DNA of 64,000 bases from Candidatus Cloacimonadales bacterium (GTDB taxonomy: Bacteria; Cloacimonadota; Cloacimonadia; Cloacimonadales; JAIOQZ01). Where the stretch lies: contig OY771587.1 of NCBI GenBank assembly GCA_963674825.1, positions 256,001 through 320,000 on the forward strand, read 5' to 3'. How positions within the stretch are numbered: the first letter of the stretch is position 1; each line of letters opens with the position of its first letter. Made by a program: the position numbers and the translations under genes. The notes under the pieces are model-generated. The model was not told where the DNA came from, did not search any database, and saw nothing but the letters and a program-made list of their open reading frames with translations. This document shows, piece by piece, positions 1 to 10,117 of the stretch.

Positions 1-415
1 GCCGCTTGCGCGTAATAGTGCCGGAATGATTCTCATGCCCCAGCTTACGGTTCATCAGGTAGAGAATCGTCACAATGGGTAGCATCACAAGCAAGATGTA
101 GCGCACAAAACCTGGATTGATAATCAGCACCGTGCGCGAACCACTGAACGACCCAATCAACGCGAACGCAGCGCTGAATAGCGCGATTCGAATATCGATC
201 AAACCGTGCTTAAGATAGCGAAGCGTGGAGAAGAGCGTCCCGAAAGTTGACGAAAATTTATTGGTTCCGAGTGCGAAATGCGGCGGCAGTCCGGCAGCCA
301 GGTAGGCTGGAACCGTGAGCAAACCACCACCACCGGCGATCGAATCGACCATACCAGCCAGAAAAACGGATGGCAGAACGATCAGATAGATGTGAAGCAG
401 ATCGGTGGGGATCAT
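1..415 (-). CDS. TSUP (TauE/SafE sulfite exporter) family membrane protein, runs off the window edge
   Basis: Manual translation MIPTDLLHIYLIVLPSVFLAGMVDSIAGGGGLLTVPAYLAAGLPPHFALGTNK carries the family AGGGG/GTNK motifs; its ATG overlaps the mscS stop (ATGA). Confidence 0.85.
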   Translation of the reverse strand, partial: MIPTDLLHIYLIVLPSVFLAGMVDSIAGGGGLLTVPAYLAAGLPPHFALGTNKFSSTFGTLFSTLRYLKHGLIDIRIALFSAAFALIGSFSGSRTVLIINPGFVRYILLVMLPIVTILYLMNRKLGHENHSGTITRKR

Positions 416-1377
416 TCATCGGTATCAGGCGCAGCCGGTAGATCGACCTTCAAATCCGGTGAAGGTTTGAATCCAGGCTTGCCTTCGGTGACGTTGTTGT
501 AGAAACGACTTGTGGGATATGCCAGATCGATGTCGTTACACTTCGCGAATTCGTCCAACACACTCTCCCACAATTTTTCCGTCGTACCGCGTCTGCTTCG
601 AACCTTACAAAGGTAACGTATGGTAAGCAGAACACCGCTATTTTCGACAGATGTATAGACAATCGGCGTGAGATTTTTGTAGAAAATCATATACTTTCGG
701 GCCGCTGACTGGATTTGGGAAGCTACGTCCTTGCTTAAATCCTTGGAATGATCGAGCGCGATATCGGTCAGGATTTTCTTGGCCTTCTTCCAGTTGCTCT
801 CGAATGTTATCATGATGGGGATTTCGTTCCAGATATAATCAAACCCCTTCTGGTAATTGGATAGTGGATACTGGAAGACCATACCGTTTGGGATATTGAT
901 CATGCGACCGGTACTCTGGTCGGCATGCACCCAGTTTCCGATCTCGAGAATGGTGAACATGAACGGCGCTTGGTCAATCACATCACCGGCAAAATCGCCG
1001 ATCTGAATTCGATCACCGACCTTGAATGGCGTACGGCTAAGGATGAAAATCCATCCGGCGAGATTCACCAGGAAATCTTTCAGCGCAATCGCCACACCTG
1101 CAGAAAGTAAACCAAAATATGTTGCCAGCGACTGCATACCCGCGAACCACTGCCTGCCGATCAGGATTAGACCAACAAAAACAGTGATGTAAGACACTGT
1201 TTTACGCCATCTGTAACGAAGCTTCACATCCGATATTCGAGAAAGAAGCCAACGACTGATAACTAACCGTACCACCGTTAAAATTACGATGATAAGAATG
1301 CTAACAATCAGTTTCTTAAACGACCCTTCGTCGAATTTGAGAAACATTCCCTGCATTTCTTTCAGCATTTCATTCAT
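412..1377 (-). CDS. mscS: Small-conductance mechanosensitive channel (MscS family)
   Basis: Three N-terminal TM segments, then PFKVGDRIQIG and IPNG motifs; start set at ATG 1377, overlapping the upstream stop. Confidence 0.88.
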   Translation of the reverse strand: MNEMLKEMQGMFLKFDEGSFKKLIVSILIIVILTVVRLVISRWLLSRISDVKLRYRWRKTVSYITVFVGLILIGRQWFAGMQSLATYFGLLSAGVAIALKDFLVNLAGWIFILSRTPFKVGDRIQIGDFAGDVIDQAPFMFTILEIGNWVHADQSTGRMINIPNGMVFQYPLSNYQKGFDYIWNEIPIMITFESNWKKAKKILTDIALDHSKDLSKDVASQIQSAARKYMIFYKNLTPIVYTSVENSGVLLTIRYLCKVRSRRGTTEKLWESVLDEFAKCNDIDLAYPTSRFYNNVTEGKPGFKPSPDLKVDLPAAPDTDE

Positions 1378-2551
1378 GCAATAGATCCTCGACTGCCTGC
1401 TTGAGTCTGTCAAGCGCTGTTTTCAGCACCGACCTCGGACAAGCAAAATTGATCCTCGCAAAACCGCTACCGTTCTCGCCGAAAATGGTTCCCGGATCGG
1501 GTGCGACCTTCGCTTTCTCGAACCATAACAATTCCAGCTCTTTATCTGAAAGTCGGAGTTCACGGCAATCCAGCCACGCCAGGTAGGTTCCTTCCGGTTC
1601 GATCAGCTTGATTTGCGGAAGCTTGTCGATAAAAAATTCTTTCATGTAGCAGAGGTTTCCGGCGAGGTACTCCAGAAGCTGTTCGAGCCATTCCTCTCCT
1701 TCATCATAAGCACTTTGGAGTCCGATAGCCCCGTAGAGATTGCCGATATATACAGCGGTACGGAAGAGCACGTTGTTGAATTTCTCGCGCATCTCCTTGT
1801 CCGGTATGACGATGAAAGACGCCGTCAGTCCCGCGAGATTGAAGGTCTTGCTAGGTGCGAAACATGTGATTGAGTTTTGTAGAATCCGATCATCAAGCTT
1901 CGCAATCGGTGTATAGCGATTCGGTTTGAAGATGATATCAGAATGGATGTCGTCAGAGATGAGCGGAACATTGTATTTCAGGCAAAGCTCACCGAACTTG
2001 CGTAATTCATCCTCGTTCCAGACGCGTCCGACAGGATTATGTGGATGACAGAGGATCACCAGCGAAACGCCTTCCTTGAGCTTCTTCTCGAGATCTTCGA
2101 AGTCCATGAAGTAGCTACCGTCGCGGTAGATGAGTGAATTTTCGACCACCTCGCGTTCATTCGCCTGGATCACCTCAAAGAAGGGGCGATAGACAGGTGT
2201 CTGGATCAGAACGCGGTCTCCGGGCTTCGTATAAGCCATAATGCTGAACGCAAGCGCGGGGACCACGCCCGGCGTTGTACAGATCCAGTCTTTCTCGATT
2301 TTCCAGCCGTGACGTCGCTCCAGCCAATTCATGATCGCGTTGTGAAAGGCTTCCGTGTGACCGGTGTAGCCGTATACGCCATGCTTTGTTCGCTCGAGTA
2401 GTGCATCGATAACCGGCTGTGGACACATGAAATCCATGTCTGCAACCCACATCGGCAACGCGTCGCCACAGCCAAGAAAAGCGTCTGCGAAATCCCATTT
2501 GATCGACGCGGTATCACGCCGCTCGATAATCCGATCGAAATTATATTTCAA
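1370..2551 (-). CDS. malY: PLP-dependent cystathionine beta-lyase / aminotransferase (MalY/PatB)
   Basis: LPMWVADMDF, HPHNPVGRVW, SDDIHSD, APSKTFNLAG, EGTYLAWLD motifs. Confidence 0.9.
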   Translation of the reverse strand: MKYNFDRIIERRDTASIKWDFADAFLGCGDALPMWVADMDFMCPQPVIDALLERTKHGVYGYTGHTEAFHNAIMNWLERRHGWKIEKDWICTTPGVVPALAFSIMAYTKPGDRVLIQTPVYRPFFEVIQANEREVVENSLIYRDGSYFMDFEDLEKKLKEGVSLVILCHPHNPVGRVWNEDELRKFGELCLKYNVPLISDDIHSDIIFKPNRYTPIAKLDDRILQNSITCFAPSKTFNLAGLTASFIVIPDKEMREKFNNVLFRTAVYIGNLYGAIGLQSAYDEGEEWLEQLLEYLAGNLCYMKEFFIDKLPQIKLIEPEGTYLAWLDCRELRLSDKELELLWFEKAKVAPDPGTIFGENGSGFARINFACPRSVLKTALDRLKQAVEDLLHE

Positions 2552-2589
2552 CGTTATACTCCTGATTGTTTTTCAGGAGCATATCAGCC

Positions 2590-3138
2590 TTATTGCGGAT
2601 ACCTGTCAATAAAAACGAATTCCTCGAAATCCTTCCTCGGTGCCCTGGCATTTTCCTCTTTCTGCGCTTCCGGATCGTGCGAGAGATCCATCTTCTTGCC
2701 TATGCCGATCAACGTGATGACGTTGTACTCGTCCGGGATGTCCAACACCTTACGTACCTTTTGGGGACTGTATCCCGCGATTGCGTGCGCTACATAGCCA
2801 AGCTCCGTGGCCCGTAGCATCAGAAAGCCCGTACTAAGCCCCGTATCGAACAGGTAGTACTCACGATCGTGAATGACGCAATCGTCATCCTTGCGGCTGA
2901 ACACGACCACAACCATTGAAGCATCATGAAGCCATTCGTTACCCTTGGAATAGGCTTCTTTCATCTCTTCAAGCTTGGCCTCGTCTTTCACAAAAACATA
3001 GCGCCAGGGTTGGTTGTTGTAGCAGGAAGGCGCAAGTTGCGCAGCTTCTGCGAGCTGCTCTATGAGTGTATCGTTTATTTCACTTTTCACCAGTTTCCTG
3101 TGTGACTTTCTTGTATGTATTGTATCAATAACAGACAT
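2590..3138 (-). CDS. Nitroreductase family protein
   Basis: RKSHR, APSCYNNQPWRYV motifs; GGAGG RBS before ATG 3138. Confidence 0.88.
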   Translation of the reverse strand: MSVIDTIHTRKSHRKLVKSEINDTLIEQLAEAAQLAPSCYNNQPWRYVFVKDEAKLEEMKEAYSKGNEWLHDASMVVVVFSRKDDDCVIHDREYYLFDTGLSTGFLMLRATELGYVAHAIAGYSPQKVRKVLDIPDEYNVITLIGIGKKMDLSHDPEAQKEENARAPRKDFEEFVFIDRYPQ

Positions 3139-3344
3139 TTTATCCTCCATTCAACAGATATTGCTTTTATGGAAATTACGCATCCATACATATTTTTATA
3201 ATATGAATTTTTGATATATGCAAATGTTATTTCTCTCAGAGGGGTTCTGCTGAACAGAGAAGCCCTTCTATCTCCCATATCTGAAAGACCAGATCGATCT
3301 GTCCGTACTCGTACATCTCTGAATATGGAGGTATAAGAAGAAAA

Positions 3345-4085
3345 TTATTTTACAATTGGCAGATGCGAATGCAATATGTTTGTTTGTGCCGCCATAAGGC
3401 TGTTTTTTATCCCCGGGTATGTTTCTGAAAGCATCTCGATCAGAGTCTTCATCTGAGCGCGCTGATTTTCATCGGCATACTTGCATCGGTTGTGTATTAC
3501 AGGCAATCCCGATTGTTGAATATATGCCTTGATATCATCCTCCGCTGTGAGAGCCAGTGGACGGATTACTTCAACTAGATGTCGCTCGATCTGGTATTTG
3601 ACCGGCATACTCGCCAGCGTACCGGAGAAGAAAAGATTCATGAGCAGGGTTTCGTTGAAATCTTCACGGTGATGCCCGAGCGCGATTTTATTGAAGCCGT
3701 TCTTAACGGCGTGGGTTGTCAGGAATCCACGTCTTAGTCGCGCACAGAACGCACAATGCGATTTATTCTGGTTGATATTTTGCGAGATAATCTCTTCGAT
3801 ATCGGTTTCGATCAGCATAAAATCGGTCAGGATCTCTCGGCATGCGTCTTCGATAATGCGGTTATCTTCAACAGTGTGGGGATAATCAACTTTCGCGGCG
3901 TGAAGCTCGAAATGGACCGGCGCTTTTTTTTGCAGCATGACCAACGTTTTGAGTAGAGCCCAGGAATCTTTTCCGCCGGATATACCGATCAGGATGCGAT
4001 CCCCATCTTCGATAAGCTTATAATCGGCAATAGCTTGGCCGGTTTTCTTGAGGATTGGCTTTAACAGTACGTCAGGAACTTTCAT
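3345..4085 (-). CDS. ttcA: tRNA 2-thiocytidine biosynthesis TtcA-family PP-loop ATPase
   Basis: SGGKDS PP-loop, CAFCARLRRG, LGHHRED, IRPL. Confidence 0.82.
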   Translation of the reverse strand: MKVPDVLLKPILKKTGQAIADYKLIEDGDRILIGISGGKDSWALLKTLVMLQKKAPVHFELHAAKVDYPHTVEDNRIIEDACREILTDFMLIETDIEEIISQNINQNKSHCAFCARLRRGFLTTHAVKNGFNKIALGHHREDFNETLLMNLFFSGTLASMPVKYQIERHLVEVIRPLALTAEDDIKAYIQQSGLPVIHNRCKYADENQRAQMKTLIEMLSETYPGIKNSLMAAQTNILHSHLPIVK

Positions 4086-4092
4086 GCAGCAA

Positions 4093-5154
4093 TCAGATCA
4101 GGTTTTCTTTGATTGTTATCAGTTGAGGTTTGACGTCAAAGAATAGCTCAACCAGCGTCGGATCGAAGTGGTACCCAGCGCTTCCGCGGAAATAATCGTC
4201 AATCTCCGGTTCGTTGAACGCATCTTTGTAAACTCGTTTGAATGAAAGTGCGTCATAGACGTCAGCCAGGGTCACGATGCGTGCTTCGAGCGGAATTTCT
4301 TCGCCGCGGAGCCGATTGATATAGCCCTTGCCATCCCATCGCTCATGGTGATACAGCACAATGTTCTTGGCCATGACATCCACAGCCGGCGTATTGAGCA
4401 TCTCGAACCCGTAGCGCACATGCTGTTCGATCACTTCGAACTCTTCCGGTGAAAGCGGGCCAGGTTTTTTTAGGATATTGTCCGGAATCCCAAGTTTACC
4501 AACATCGTGCAACGAGGCGTAATTTTCGATGCGGTTGACAAAATCGTGGTCACAACCATATTCCTTTGCCAGCAGCGATGAATAACGGCTAACTCTGCGG
4601 ATATGATTGCCAGTATCCAGGTCGTTGTAATGATTCGCATTCTCCAGCGCTGAGACCATTGCCATGGTGATCTGCTGGTTTTTACGCGTCTTTTCTTCAA
4701 CCAGCGCTGAGAGGTGCATCTCGCGGTCTTGCAATAGCATGTTCTTGTATTTGAGCTCGTCCTGCGTGCGTTTGAGTGTAAGCTGAGCGCGCACCCGTTC
4801 GAGTAATACACGAGTATTCATCGGCTTGGTAACGTAGTCGATACCGCCCAGCCCGAAAGCCTTCACCATGAAATGCTCATCTACGATGCCAGTCATGAAA
4901 ATGATGGGGATATGCTGGAAAAGTAGGTTTGTCTTCACTTGCTTTGCGACCTCGAAGCCATCCAGCTTGGGCATCATGATATCGAGAAGGATAAGATCGA
5001 CATCATTCGACCCAATGAGCTCAAGCGCTTCCTCACCATCATGAGCGATCAGGATGCTATAATCGGTAAGTGCTTCGAAAATATCTTGGAGTAGTTCGAC
5101 GATGGATTCGCTGTCTTCGGCGATGAGTACCTTGCAATTCGTAAGATCGACCAT
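4093..5154 (-). CDS. Response regulator with HD-GYP phosphodiesterase domain (RpfG-like)
   Basis: Receiver domain (LLDIMMP, KP) plus LHDVGK, HHERWDGKGY, ADVYDAL. Confidence 0.9.
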   Translation of the reverse strand: MVDLTNCKVLIAEDSESIVELLQDIFEALTDYSILIAHDGEEALELIGSNDVDLILLDIMMPKLDGFEVAKQVKTNLLFQHIPIIFMTGIVDEHFMVKAFGLGGIDYVTKPMNTRVLLERVRAQLTLKRTQDELKYKNMLLQDREMHLSALVEEKTRKNQQITMAMVSALENANHYNDLDTGNHIRRVSRYSSLLAKEYGCDHDFVNRIENYASLHDVGKLGIPDNILKKPGPLSPEEFEVIEQHVRYGFEMLNTPAVDVMAKNIVLYHHERWDGKGYINRLRGEEIPLEARIVTLADVYDALSFKRVYKDAFNEPEIDDYFRGSAGYHFDPTLVELFFDVKPQLITIKENLI

Positions 5155-5221
5155 GAGTTCTCCGTATCCCGTTCATGCACCTGAGAATTAATGGACCCTT
5201 TCAGAGAATATAATCCGAAGT

Positions 5222-6184
5222 TTAGTAGTAGCCACCGAATCGCAGGATCAAAATGCCATCCGTACAGGCAGCATAGATGACATCGTAATCGACATCGAGC
5301 GCCCAGGCGTTGCTCGATGTGTAATAGGAATCAACCTGTGAAGGTGAAACCGGATTTGAAATATCCAGCGCAACAATACCATTGACGCCTGCTGCGACAA
5401 ATAGCTTGGACCCTGCTGCAACAACATCGTAGCATGGTGAGAAGAAAGCATAACCGCCTACGTCCTGCGGATGCTCCACATCGCTGATATCCAGCACCGT
5501 GATTCCTGTATCGGTTGCCAGATAAGCATAGTTTCCGTAAACCGTCAATGCATTCGTGTCGTACTCTGTATAATCCGAGATCATATCGGGTTGCTGCGGA
5601 TGATCCACATTGATAATCCACATGCCCGAATCATAGATGCCTAAGATATAAGGATATTTGTATTCAATCTCGATGATCTCGCGGCCCGTGAAATAGCTGC
5701 CGATTTCATAGATGTAGTTCGGGTCACTCACATCGAGAATTCTCAGCCCGTAATCGACATCCGCCAGATACGCCAGGCCCCCTTTGACAATCACATCCGA
5801 GGCATTGGTTCCGTAATACTCGTTTTCGTAGAAGATATCGTCGAACCATGTGATGTTTGCCACCTCGAGTCCATCACCCGCGAGAAAAGCATAATCGCCC
5901 GAGATATCAAAGTCGGATGCGACATTCGAATAGTAGCCGAGTACTTCGGGAGATGAAGGGATGACGACATCGTACACCATCAGGCCGTAGTCGTCGTTCA
6001 TGGTGAATAGATAGCCCGAATCCATCTTTACGCGGTAGGTAATCCCACTGACGGAGAAATCTCCAAGCCTGTAAAGATACCCTGTGCTTCCGTTTCCGGT
6101 TCCGGTCGATATATCATCGCAGGATACAATCATCGCAAGGATCGCAAGTGCAATAAATATCCTCAGAACCGGGAGTTTTCTCAT
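5222..6184 (-). CDS. LVIVD-repeat beta-propeller lipoprotein
   Basis: Lipobox MIVSC; repeated YAYLA...G(L/I)xxxD(V/I)SxP units. Confidence 0.8.
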   Translation of the reverse strand: MRKLPVLRIFIALAILAMIVSCDDISTGTGNGSTGYLYRLGDFSVSGITYRVKMDSGYLFTMNDDYGLMVYDVVIPSSPEVLGYYSNVASDFDISGDYAFLAGDGLEVANITWFDDIFYENEYYGTNASDVIVKGGLAYLADVDYGLRILDVSDPNYIYEIGSYFTGREIIEIEYKYPYILGIYDSGMWIINVDHPQQPDMISDYTEYDTNALTVYGNYAYLATDTGITVLDISDVEHPQDVGGYAFFSPCYDVVAAGSKLFVAAGVNGIVALDISNPVSPSQVDSYYTSSNAWALDVDYDVIYAACTDGILILRFGGYY

Positions 6185-6186
6185 AG

Positions 6187-6651
6187 CTAATCCTGATAGA
6201 AGAAAGTCAGACCGGTGTAGTAGTCCACGATCAGGATGCGGACGAAATTAGCTGCGTCGTCGTTGTTGAACACTTCGAAGTTTTCGGGGTCGATTTTCCG
6301 ATACTTTCTTCCCTTCTCGATATCTTCCGCTGTGATCCGCTTGAAGGCATAGTAATCACCTTTCCTGAGCTCGATCATGTCCCCTTCAAGGACTTCCCGA
6401 TAACCATCGCCCAGCTCTTCCGGTGCGTCCATCAGCTTCAAATAGCCACCCATCTCTGTCTTTCCGATCAGCTTGCTATTGAAGTAAACCTCTATATCGT
6501 CGAGATTCGGATCATAGTCATTGGCGGCTTTTCCGCTGGTAACTTGTAAATGGAATTCCGGTGCGGGTGAATTGTACATCCAGTTTGCACAGCCTGTGAT
6601 CATTGTGAGAGCGAGAAGGATGATCCCGATTGCGAATATGTTTCTGGTCAT
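6187..6651 (-). CDS. Hypothetical lipoprotein
   Basis: Signal peptide with lipobox ITGC; AGGAG RBS; ends 2 nt before the LVIVD gene start. Confidence 0.65.
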   Translation of the reverse strand: MTRNIFAIGIILLALTMITGCANWMYNSPAPEFHLQVTSGKAANDYDPNLDDIEVYFNSKLIGKTEMGGYLKLMDAPEELGDGYREVLEGDMIELRKGDYYAFKRITAEDIEKGRKYRKIDPENFEVFNNDDAANFVRILIVDYYTGLTFFYQD

Positions 6652-6860
6652 TGATGCGACTCCTGATTTCATTTCGAATATATTGACCGATAAACCTTAT
6701 TGCTGTCAACGAATATTTGAATGTCCGTCTGCTTTATCCGGTTCGATCTCCTCTATATAGCGCACGAAATGAGATTTTGTTACAAGCGGAAGCCGCAATA
6801 AATCTTGACAGATTGGATTTCTTCAGCTTTTCTTTAATCATCACTAATTGGGATGACGAT

Positions 6861-7322
6861 ATGAAGATTTCGAAAAAGACAGACTACGCGCTTCGAGCAC
6901 TTGTCTTTCTGGCGCTTAAGCCGGATAAGCTCTTCTCCATTCGTCATATAGCTGAAGCAAACGATATCCCGAAGCGTTTTCTGGAGCACATCATGCTCGA
7001 TCTCAAAGATGCCGGGTGGGTAAAAGGCATCCCCGGTCGCGACGGTGGTTATCATCTACTCGTCGATCCCGCCAAACTCACCATCGGAAAAGTCGTGAGA
7101 TTTTACGATAGCATGCTCGCACCCATTTCCTGTGTCTCGAGCTGTGAATACGAAAAATGCTCCCAAGAAAAGTCCTGCCATTTCAGACGCTTGTTTCTCG
7201 ACATTCGCAACCACATCGCACAGATGCTGGATCGCGTTACCATACAAGATCTTGCCAGTTTCGATCCCGTGAACGAAGAAGAATTAAAGGAACCGGTGTG
7301 TTCTGACGATAATAGGGTGTAA
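6861..7322 (+). CDS. Rrf2 family transcriptional regulator (CymR/IscR-like)
   Basis: MKISKKTDYALRAL, GRDGGY, Cys-rich CVSSC..C...C region; start set at ATG 6861. Confidence 0.9.
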   Translation: MKISKKTDYALRALVFLALKPDKLFSIRHIAEANDIPKRFLEHIMLDLKDAGWVKGIPGRDGGYHLLVDPAKLTIGKVVRFYDSMLAPISCVSSCEYEKCSQEKSCHFRRLFLDIRNHIAQMLDRVTIQDLASFDPVNEEELKEPVCSDDNRV

Positions 7323-7377
7323 TTTTTTTTACCAGAAAACATACACCGATAAGATCGTGATTATAAAAGAGGTGGTT

Positions 7378-8448
7378 ATGAGATTTGCCAAATATGCTTT
7401 CTATATTTGCCTGATGGTTACCTTACTGTCATGCAAGGGCACGAGTAATAAACTGGAGCTACTGAATGTCTCCTACGACCCGACAAGAGAATTCTACCAA
7501 GACTACAATCAAGCCTTTTCACAGTATTGGAAAGAGAAAAATGGCCAGGAAGTGACCATCCGGCAATCGCACGGTGGCGCTGGCAAACAAGCTCGCAGTG
7601 TTATCGATGGGCTGCCGGCCGATGTTGTAACCCTCGCGCTTTCCTATGATATCGACGCCATCAGCGAAAAGACAGGGCTTCTCCCCCAAGACTGGCAGAA
7701 ACGACTGCCCAATCGCTCCTGTCCATACACATCAACCGTCGTTTTCCTTGTGCGTCGTGGCAACCCGAAAGGAATAAAGGATTGGGACGATCTGCTCAAG
7801 CCGGACGTGGAAATCATCACGCCGAATCCCAAGACCTCAGGTGGCGCTCGGTGGAACTACCTGGCTGCATGGGGTTACTTCCTTCAGAAGGAACTCGGAG
7901 ACTTCTACAAACTGGGTAATCCATATTATAAAGAGGAGCAGTTCGAAGCCGAGAAGAAGGTTCAAGCCATTATCGCCGAGCTTTACAATCAAGTACCCGT
8001 CCTCGATACCGGTGCAAGAGGTTCCACAACTACATTCATCCAACGCGGAATCGGCGATGTCCTCCTCACCTGGGAAAACGAAGCCTATCTGGCAATCAAC
8101 GAGTTTGAGCCCGATCAATTCGAAATTATCGTCCCGTCGCTCAGCATCCTCGCAGAACCCCCCGTTGCATTGATGGATAAAAACGCAGAAAAACACGGAA
8201 CTACTGAACTCGCCAATGCGTATCTTGAATATCTCTATTCACCAGTAGGGCAACGCCTCGCAGCGAAGCATTATTATCGTCCCTGCCGTCCCGAACACGC
8301 CGATCCGGTCGACAACAGCCGGTTGGGGCATGTTGAAACATTCTCGGTCAACAACGTTTTCGGTGGCTGGAAAAATGCGCAGCAAACCCACTTTGCCGAC
8401 GGTGGAATCTTCGATCAGATCTATCTGAAAGGGAAATCGAAGGAGTAA
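7378..8448 (+). CDS. sbp: Sulfate/thiosulfate ABC transporter substrate-binding lipoprotein
   Basis: LLNVSYDPTRE, QSHGGAGKQAR, PNPKTSGGARWNYL, WENEA. Confidence 0.95.
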   Translation: MRFAKYAFYICLMVTLLSCKGTSNKLELLNVSYDPTREFYQDYNQAFSQYWKEKNGQEVTIRQSHGGAGKQARSVIDGLPADVVTLALSYDIDAISEKTGLLPQDWQKRLPNRSCPYTSTVVFLVRRGNPKGIKDWDDLLKPDVEIITPNPKTSGGARWNYLAAWGYFLQKELGDFYKLGNPYYKEEQFEAEKKVQAIIAELYNQVPVLDTGARGSTTTFIQRGIGDVLLTWENEAYLAINEFEPDQFEIIVPSLSILAEPPVALMDKNAEKHGTTELANAYLEYLYSPVGQRLAAKHYYRPCRPEHADPVDNSRLGHVETFSVNNVFGGWKNAQQTHFADGGIFDQIYLKGKSKE

Positions 8449-8451
8449 CCT

Positions 8452-9276
8452 GTGAAACGGAAGAACATCCTGCCGGGATTCGGCATCAGCCTCGGGTACA
8501 CACTGTTGTACCTGGGCTTGATCGTCCTGCTCCCACTAACCGCGCTTGCAGTCAACAGCAGCAAGATCGGCTGGGCAGGCTTATGGGACATCCTCACGGA
8601 TGCACGCGTTATCGCATCTTTCAAGCTCACAATCGGAACCGCTTTTACCGCAGCGCTGGTCAATGCGGTCTTTGGGCTGATCATCGCCTGGTTTCTGGTG
8701 CGAATATCCTTCCCGGGTAAACGCATCCTCGACGCCATCATCGACCTCCCCTTCGCCATGCCTACGGCAGTCAGCGGAATCGCACTCACGGCTATCTACG
8801 CGCCAAACGGATGGCTGGGTAAGCCGCTTATCGACGCGGGAATCAAGGTCGCATTCACTCCCATCGGGATCACAATTGCCATGATTTTTATTGGACTGCC
8901 GTTTGTAGTACGAACCGTTCAACCAGCGCTGGAAGAACTCGACCAGGAAGTTGAAGAAGCATCGCTGAGCCTGGGGGCAAGCCGCTGGAAGACATTCTAC
9001 AGAGTGATGATTCCCATGATTCTGCCATCGCTTCTGACTGGCTTTGCTATGGCGCTGGCGCGTTCACTTGGCGAATATGGTTCCGTGGTTTTCATCGCCG
9101 GCAATATGCCCATGAAAACCGAGATCACATCGTTACTGATTATCACACGCCTTGAGCAATATGATTATTCCGGCGCTACGGCGATTGCTCTGGGTATGCT
9201 CGTCATCTCGTTCATCCTGCTTTTCTCGATCAATTTGCTCCAGTTCTGGAGCGCAAGGCGATTGAAGGAGGCATAA
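8452..9276 (+). CDS. cysT: Sulfate ABC transporter permease
   Basis: DLPFAMPTAVSG, EEAS..LGA loop, GEYGSVVFIAGNMP. Confidence 0.95.
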   Translation: MKRKNILPGFGISLGYTLLYLGLIVLLPLTALAVNSSKIGWAGLWDILTDARVIASFKLTIGTAFTAALVNAVFGLIIAWFLVRISFPGKRILDAIIDLPFAMPTAVSGIALTAIYAPNGWLGKPLIDAGIKVAFTPIGITIAMIFIGLPFVVRTVQPALEELDQEVEEASLSLGASRWKTFYRVMIPMILPSLLTGFAMALARSLGEYGSVVFIAGNMPMKTEITSLLIITRLEQYDYSGATAIALGMLVISFILLFSINLLQFWSARRLKEA

Positions 9277-9277
9277 G

Positions 9278-10117
9278 GTGAATCATGTAACCGTCCGTAC
9301 CGGCATCCAGACTTCGCGTTTCGTGAATATCGTTATTATTCTGCTCGCATTGGGATTTCTGGGAGCCTTCCTGATTCTGCCGCTTATTGTCGTTTTTGGC
9401 GAAGCTTTCAGGCAGGGTATTGTTGTATGGCTCAAAAGCGTTACCGATCGCGATGCCCTCTCCGCCATCCGAATGACGCTGCTTGTCGCCGGTATATCGT
9501 TGCCCCTGAATATCCTCTTCGGGCTCGCAGCCGCATGGTCGCTTTCCAAGTTCAGGTTCAAGGGTCGCAACCTCATCATCACGCTCATCGACCTGCCTTT
9601 CGCCGTATCGCCGGTAATCTCCGGTCTCATTTTCGTTCTGCTGTTCTGTGCACGTGGCTGGCTCGGTCCGTACCTTATCGAGCATGACATACACATCATC
9701 TTCGCTGTACCGGGCATCATCATCGCAACGCTGTTTGTCACGTTCCCCTACATCGCACGTGAGCTGATCCCGCTGATGACCGAGCAGGGAAACGAAGAAG
9801 AACAGGCTGCGCTAACCCTTGGCTCCAGCGGCTGGAAGACATTCTGGCGCATCACGCTGCCAAATATTAAGTGGGGCCTGATTTACGGCATCATCCTGAG
9901 CAATGCACGGGCAATGGGCGAATTCGGTGCCGTTTCCATCGTCTCGGGGCACATTCGCGGCGAGACCAATACACTACCGCTTCACACAGAAATCTTATAC
10001 AACGAATACCAGTTCACTTCAGCGTTCGCAGTCGCCTCTCTTCTGGCACTGCTGGCCCTGGTGACGATCGTCTTCAAATCTTCCATCGAATGGAAAATGA
10101 AGGAGAAGCAAGCATGA
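9278..10117 (+). CDS. cysW: Sulfate ABC transporter permease
   Basis: [33 protein letters not shown]. Confidence 0.95.
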   Translation: MNHVTVRTGIQTSRFVNIVIILLALGFLGAFLILPLIVVFGEAFRQGIVVWLKSVTDRDALSAIRMTLLVAGISLPLNILFGLAAAWSLSKFRFKGRNLIITLIDLPFAVSPVISGLIFVLLFCARGWLGPYLIEHDIHIIFAVPGIIIATLFVTFPYIARELIPLMTEQGNEEEQAALTLGSSGWKTFWRITLPNIKWGLIYGIILSNARAMGEFGAVSIVSGHIRGETNTLPLHTEILYNEYQFTSAFAVASLLALLALVTIVFKSSIEWKMKEKQA

